The notes beneath the pieces are model-generated. The model ran no database searches. It was given only the letters and a program-made list of their open reading frames with translations, and was not told the origin of the DNA. From positions 22,630,001-22,694,000 of the forward strand of contig NC_135808.1 of assembly GCF_964213995.1 (NCBI RefSeq): a stretch of 64,000 nt of DNA. Reading direction: 5' to 3'. Numbering within the stretch: the first letter of the stretch is position 1; each line of letters opens with the position of its first letter. A program made the translations under genes and the position numbers. This DNA comes from Mustelus asterias (lineage: Eukaryota). Shown here piece by piece: positions 58,301 to 64,000 of this stretch.

Positions 58301-61300
58301 TGTGGGATGGCTGAAGTTCAGAGAACATGGATGTTGAAACGGTTAGGATGAAGAATAGAAATGATAACTGCAGGAAGCAAGCTGTGGGATTTGTGTACAG
58401 GCCCCCTAATTGTTATCACTGGTAGGCGATAGCATAACGGCAGAAATAATTAAAGCTAATCAGAAAGGGGTGTTCTTAATCTAAATATAGATTGGAAATG
58501 TCAGAGGGACAGTGAATGTTTTTGGGATAGTTCCTTATAACAGCATGTTGTGCAGCCAACGAGAGAGCAGCCTGTACTTGACCTGGTATTCTGCGATTAA
58601 ATGGAAATAATTAATAATCTAACAGTGAAGGAACCCCTAAGTAGCAGCGACTAAATTACAATTGAACATTGCACTCCGTTTGAGGGGTGGAGAAGTGGAT
58701 CTGCGACTTAAAAAAATGATAAGTGCAATTGTGAGAGCATGAGAACTGAACTGGCTAAATTGATGTGAGAAATTAGCTGAATGGATCGGCCAATAGAGAT
58801 ACAGTGAAAAACATTTAAGGGGATATTACAAAATGCGCAGAACAGATACATGCCAACGAGTAAGAAAAACACGAAGGGGCGGACTCACCATCTATGGTTA
58901 AAGACGGAGATTAAATATACCATCAAACTAAATGAAAACGCATATAATTGTACAAATAAAGATGACTGATTAGAAGATAGGAGTGAACATAAGGATCAGC
59001 AAAGAATGACTAAAAGCCGAGAAGGAGGAAAATTTAGCATAAGAGGGAAAGTTAGCCACATAGCAAATGGTTTACAAGTTTTAAAAAAAGAAAGCTTATA
59101 ACATGATGAACATTGTTTCAATATAATGTGTGTCTGGAGAAATAAAAATGGGAAACAAGGATTTGACACATTTACTGAACAAATATGTTCCATCGGTTTG
59201 CACAAAAGGGGGACACATGTAACATACCAGACGAAATTATAGTTCAGAAAATAGAAGGGAGGAAGTTAAGAAAGTTACAGCCACCAGAGAGGTGGTGCTG
59301 CGAAAATTGTTGCAGAGCCAGGCTGATAAGTGCCTGTGTCCTGATGGACTTCATTCTCGGGTCTTAAATAGATGTCTCGTGAGATAATTGATGCATTGAT
59401 TTTAGATTCGAAGATTGCAAATGTAATGAATAAATGAAATTTATTCAAAAAGCAAGGGAGAAAGTAAGCTTGAAACGACAGGCCACTTCACTTAAAATCT
59501 GCCAGAAGGAAAGACGTTAACGCGAGCCATTTGGATAAGTTTAACGCAGTCAGGCAGATTCAACATGGTCCTGTGCAAAAAAAAGTTTAACTAGCTTGTT
59601 GGAGTACTTTGTTGAAATAAAAGGTGCAGTGGATAAATGGGAAACAGTGTTTGCATTTACAAAATGTGCGGCACGGTAGCACAGTGGTCCGCACTGCTGC
59701 CTCACAGTGCTGGGGACCCAGGTTCAATTCTGGCCACGGGTCACTGTCTGTGTGGAGTTCTCACTTTCTTCTCATGTCTGCGTGGGTTTCCTCCGGATGC
59801 TTGGTTTCTCCCACACTCCAAAGATGTGCATGTTCGGGGGATTGACCATGCTCAATTGACCCTAGTGTCAGGGGGATTAGCAGGGTTAATGATGTAAAAA
59901 GTCATAGATTATGTCTATCCAGAAATAAGGAAGGAGCTGATTTTTTTTTAGCCACAGAGAAGATTTAATGCAGATCAAATAGAGGCTGAAAATTTTAAAC
60001 TGTATTTATAAGGTCGACATATTGAACAGATTTTCAGTTCTTAGGGGCTCCAGAATTAGGGAACATCAATATAAGATCCTCACTGATAAATTCAACAAGA
60101 TATTCAGGAGAACTGCCTCAACTCAAATAATTATGTGGCACTCACTGCAAATTGGAACAGTTCAGCCAAGTAGCTCAGTTTACAAAAAATAAATATTTAT
60201 ATTTGTGGCAAAGACTGGAAGGTTACTGTGCCCAGGTTAAATGGATGAGATGAGAGAAGGTTCGGCTGGAGCATAAAAACTATCAGAAATCAATTGTCTT
60301 AAATGGGCTGTTTCGGTGCTGCAAGTTCAATAGTAGAAATAACTTGAGTCATCACAGCCGCAGAATTACAGAATGGTTATGGCGCAGAAGGAGTCCATTC
60401 GGCTCATCTTGTGTGCACCAGCTCTCTAAATGAGTAGTATGACTGAGTACCATTCCCCTACCTTTTCTCCATACTCTTTAACATTGTGTCCATTCAGATA
60501 ATCATCTAATACCCTCTCGAGTGCTTCAATTGAAGCTACCTTCACCATAATTCAGGCAGTGCATTTCAGACATGCACCCTAGTTTTTTGAAAGCCTCATG
60601 TTGGTATTTACTGTGGTGGAACTGATCCCTTTCTAAATGAAAACCAATATCTATGATCTTCAGTTTCATGTTTGTTTCTTTTCAAGGACTGAGCTAAGAG
60701 CAGGGATCAGTGTAGGTTAAATATATAGAAATTCTGAATCATAGATAGGTCTGTCAAACATTAGTCGGATACAGAAGTGGACAATGCAAGAACTACAGTC
60801 CAATGCTAAGATTGAAGCAAAATACTGCAGATGCTGAAACCTGAAACAAAATCAGAAAAGGCTGCAAAATCTCAGCAGGTCTGACAGCATCTGTGGCAAG
60901 ATAATAGAGCCAACGTTTCGAGTTTGGATGAACTTTCTCCAGAGCTGAAGGCAAACAAAATAGAACTAGATTTATACTGTAAGGGTAGGTGACGGGGTGG
61001 GGGTTGCTCTCTAATTGAAGCGGACGGAATAGACAAAAATATATGCAAAAGGTAATAAAAGCTGAGAATGGTGCTAACATCATCCACTAGTAGATCGGGA
61101 TGTGGCAGCTTTCACAATGGTTCATGTGCACCTCCTTCAACCTGATCTATTGTATTTGCTGGACACAATGCGGTCCACTCTACATTAGAGAGACCAACTG
61201 CAGGCAGTGTGGCCGCATTATAGAGAACCTTTTATTGTCCACAAGCAGGAGCCAGGCCTTCCTCTCACTTGCCATTTTAACACCTCATCCTTCTCTCATG

Positions 61301-63093
61301 TGCACATGTCTGTCCTTTGCCTGTGGCAATGTTTGTGTGAAGCCCTATGCAAATTGGAGGAACAGCACCTCATCTTCCGAGGAGGCACTTTACAGCCTTC
61401 CAGACTGAAGATAGAGTTGAATAAATTCAGAGAATGAACTCTTTGCTCCACCTCCACTCCATTTATTTCATTTTATTTCATATACTTTTCTCTTATGAAT
61501 CCATTTTTATTACTTAATTTTTTTTATTATCAGTTTGATTTTTAATTTAATCCATCGTTTCATTTGTGTACTCTCTAATCTTCCTTTCCGTCTCCACCTA
61601 CCCCTTCCCCCCAAACACACACACACACACAAACGCACACATCCCACTCAGGTCATCTGCCACATACCTCAGCTTGTCCTTTGACATTTTACACCTGTGT
61701 TCTCTTTTTTTAGGTATTCAGATCGCTTAGTGGATGTTGCTCGCACGATTCTCAGCATTTATCAAAGCTCACATTCCCTTTTGTCCTTTGTCCATGGAAT
61801 CCCTATCAGTTCTGTGCCTTTCTCTCCCCTCACCATTGCACTATACACCTCGTCCTACTTTCTATGTCTTCAGCTCTGAAGGAACGTTATCATTCAGCTC
61901 TATTCTGTCTCAACAGATGCTGTAAGAAGTCTCACAACACCAGGTTAAAGTCCAACAGGTTTATTTGGTAGCAAATACCATAAGCTTTATATATACGATA
62001 AATACGAAAGCTTATCGTATTTGCTACCAAATAAACCTGTTGGACTTTAACCTGGTCGAAAGCTTATGGTATTTGCTACCAAATAAACCTGTTGGACTTT
62101 AACCTGGTGTTGTGAGACTTCTTACTGTGTTCACCCCAGTCCAACGCCGGCATCTCCACATCAACAGATGCTGTCAGACTTGTTGAGATTTCCAGCATTT
62201 GTGTTTTTTTTACGACAGTCCTTCATTCAGCACTTGTGATAGGCGGATCGTTAAAAACAGTGACGCATTCTCAGGACTATGTTGGATGAAGTTGATTAAT
62301 CAGCAGCAAAATAAATATTAAGGGTTTACTGGAAATATTGCAAATACTAGTATTGGTGACCGACCACACCCACCCCATGCCCGTAACCCTTTGCGTTTAT
62401 CGTGGCTGATCCATCGAACCTATACATCTTGGGAAACAAAGGACAATTTAGCATGGCCAATTCACCTAACCTGCACATCTCTGGACTGTGGGAGGAAACC
62501 AGAGCACCGAGAGGACACCCACGCCAACGTGGGTGAATGTGCAAACTCCACACGGACAGACATCAAAGGTCGGAATTGAAAGTGGGTCCCTTGCGCTGTG
62601 AGGCAGCAATGCTAATCATTGTGCCACCGTGCCGCCCAATGTCAATGCCAATACAATTCACATTAGAAGTTTATTACCAAACATCTTGAACCAAAAGTAA
62701 AATATCTCACTTGGCCACAGAGAAGTTATAAAATACGAAGGCAAGCACACAGATCAGGGATCAGACAAATAAAACAATGATATAAAAATACAACCAAATT
62801 GTTTCATACCAGTTAGTGACTACAGTCAGTACAATTCTACAGTGACAGCGACTCCCGAAATCTCCCTCTGAGAGTTTCCTGCGCTGAGTCCGATTCCGTT
62901 CCGCACATAACACAATTACTGATCGTGCATCTGTGCAAAATTCAGTATATAACTGTATGAAACGCAGAGCAAGGTCCTGGACCAGCTCTGGCATATTGCC
63001 AGACTTACTCAATTGCCATACTTACTCACTTGGAATGCCAATGACAGCAAGAACCATGTAGTATATTTTCCTGATACTATCAACATATTCCAT
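55351..63093 (-). CDS. Rhodopsin-class 7TM receptor, GPR139/GPR142-like. complement(join(55351..56252,63030..63093)), 321 aa
   Basis: Exon 1 MEYVDSIRKIYYMVLAVIGIP + A|gtgagt. Exon 2 acceptor catacag|TT AAT gives INLMAIVILSR. YLVAMAAADLLV, FSFDRFVAICC and TNAFIY motifs. No stops. Confidence 0.88.
57772..58070 (-). mobile_element. HE1-type SINE in the GPCR intron (others at ~59668-59893 + and ~62355-62637 -)
   Basis: Reverse-complement head and tail. Confidence 0.8.
58250..60330 (+). mobile_element. Highly decayed CR1 ORF2 (endonuclease to 3' end) in the GPCR intron
   Basis: tgtacaggccccct (VYRPP), cagccaacgaga..cttgacctggta (PTR..LDLV), caacatggt (QHG). A 150-bp piece is duplicated at ~57445-57590. 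Confidence 0.6.
60815..62215 (+). mobile_element. Older, second-family Penelope-like fold-back remnant (GIY-YIG fragment ~61120-61440)
   Basis: CTSFNLIYCICWTQCGPLYIRET. Inverted termini tctcagcaggtctgacagcatctg / cagatgctgtcagacttgttgaga. Confidence 0.7.
61922..62161 (+). mobile_element. 240-bp fold-back Penelope-like insertion (family of 35108) inside the older PLE
   Basis: Starts gtaagaagt and ends ccaacgccggcatctccacat. TSD caacagatgct. Confidence 0.88.
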
Positions 63094-63579
63094 GTTTTTC
63101 TATGTGACGTGATCTGTCCTTCAAGCAATCTTTCTGTCTCCAACTCTGGCATGGTACATTTGTACACGTTTTAATTAATATGGATTCTCCACTGGGACCA
63201 TGAAGTTGTAAAATCATTGACGTAGATTCTTTAAAAAAATCAAACAGATTGTGAGGACCAATTTAATCCCTGCTGTGACAACTATATTTGGAGCTGAGAT
63301 TGAATTGGAAAACACTAAAGAATGAACAATTTTGATCACACTATTTTTAAAAAGATGGAAATGTTGATCATTATAAAACCGTCAGGTCCATCTCTAGAAT
63401 ACACACAGTTTCAGTGACCACTTCACACTGCTGTTTCCAATCAGCAATTAAAATACAAAGTTGAACTGCTAATTCTGGGCTGCACCATTGAAATATTGGA
63501 TATGGCTGCAGTCTTTAACTGTAACCATTCGCTTCGATTATTCCAGTGGAAGTTTTGTGTCTGTGCAGTGGGAAAATAA

Positions 63580-64000
63580 CCCAAACCCTCAAACGAATAT
63601 AATCCCTCAAATTGATAGAGTGCCGCAAACAAATACTAACCCTCAAACTGATACAATCCCTCAAACAAATACAAACATTCAAACTAATACAGTCCCTCAA
63701 ACTGATTCAGGCCATCAAAGTAATACAATCCCTGAAAATGATACAGTCCCTCAAAATAATAGCCTGTCAAATTAATATATTCACTCAAACTGTTACAGTC
63801 CCTCAAGCTAATGCAGCCCATCAATCTAATGAAATCCCCCAAACTAATACAATCCTTCAAACTGATAGTCTTCAACCGAAAAAAGTCCCTCAGACAAATG
63901 CTTTCCACATATTAATACAATGCTTCCAACGGATACAGTCCTTCAAACGAATACAATCCCTCAAAGTAATACAATCCTTCGAACTGATCAATGGCCGCAA
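63580..64000 (+). repeat. Degenerate 18-bp tandem repeat (caaactgatacaatccct) upstream of the GPCR gene
   Basis: Periodic atacaatccctcaaact units running to the window edge. Confidence 0.8.

Noticed and set aside
63488-63775. QTDTIP-repeat ORF (mucin- or antifreeze-like)
   Set aside because: Translation of an 18-bp repeat with a non-ATG start. The frame is broken by stops further along the array.

Overview
This is eukaryotic, repeat-dense DNA from a cartilaginous fish, most likely a shark. That is inferred from the CR1/HER1-type LINEs, HE1-type tRNA SINEs, Penelope elements, a GPR139-like GPCR and the class I sequences. The window holds the end of a tandem array of MHC class I heavy-chain genes on the + strand. 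Gene A is represented only by its 3' end: TM exon 1020-1124, cytoplasmic exons 1737-1769 and 2490-2536, and the 3'UTR. Gene B is an open non-classical class I gene: leader 10262-10310, alpha1 18958-19218, alpha2 19583-19855, alpha3 25456-25719, TM from 32870. Gene B has lost all canonical peptide-terminus-binding residues and the N86 glycan site, which fits the shark UEA/UCA-type hydrophobic-groove lineages. Its TM-exon donor is GC instead of GT, and both normal cytoplasmic exons are deleted. It therefore either reads through to a short basic tail or splices to a candidate replacement terminal exon present in three paralogous copies. Its X and Y promoter boxes appear separated by a SINE. A two-exon GPR139-like 7TM receptor lies on the - strand (63093-63030 + 56252-55351). 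The rest is transposon nests and minisatellites. These include a Gmr1-type (integrase-before-RT) Gypsy element, fold-back Penelope insertions with minimal hammerhead motifs, CR1 LINEs, many SINEs, a Harbinger-like MITE and several G-rich minisatellites. All calls were made by eye, with no database searches. Exon coordinates are exact; repeat boundaries are approximate unless a TSD is quoted.
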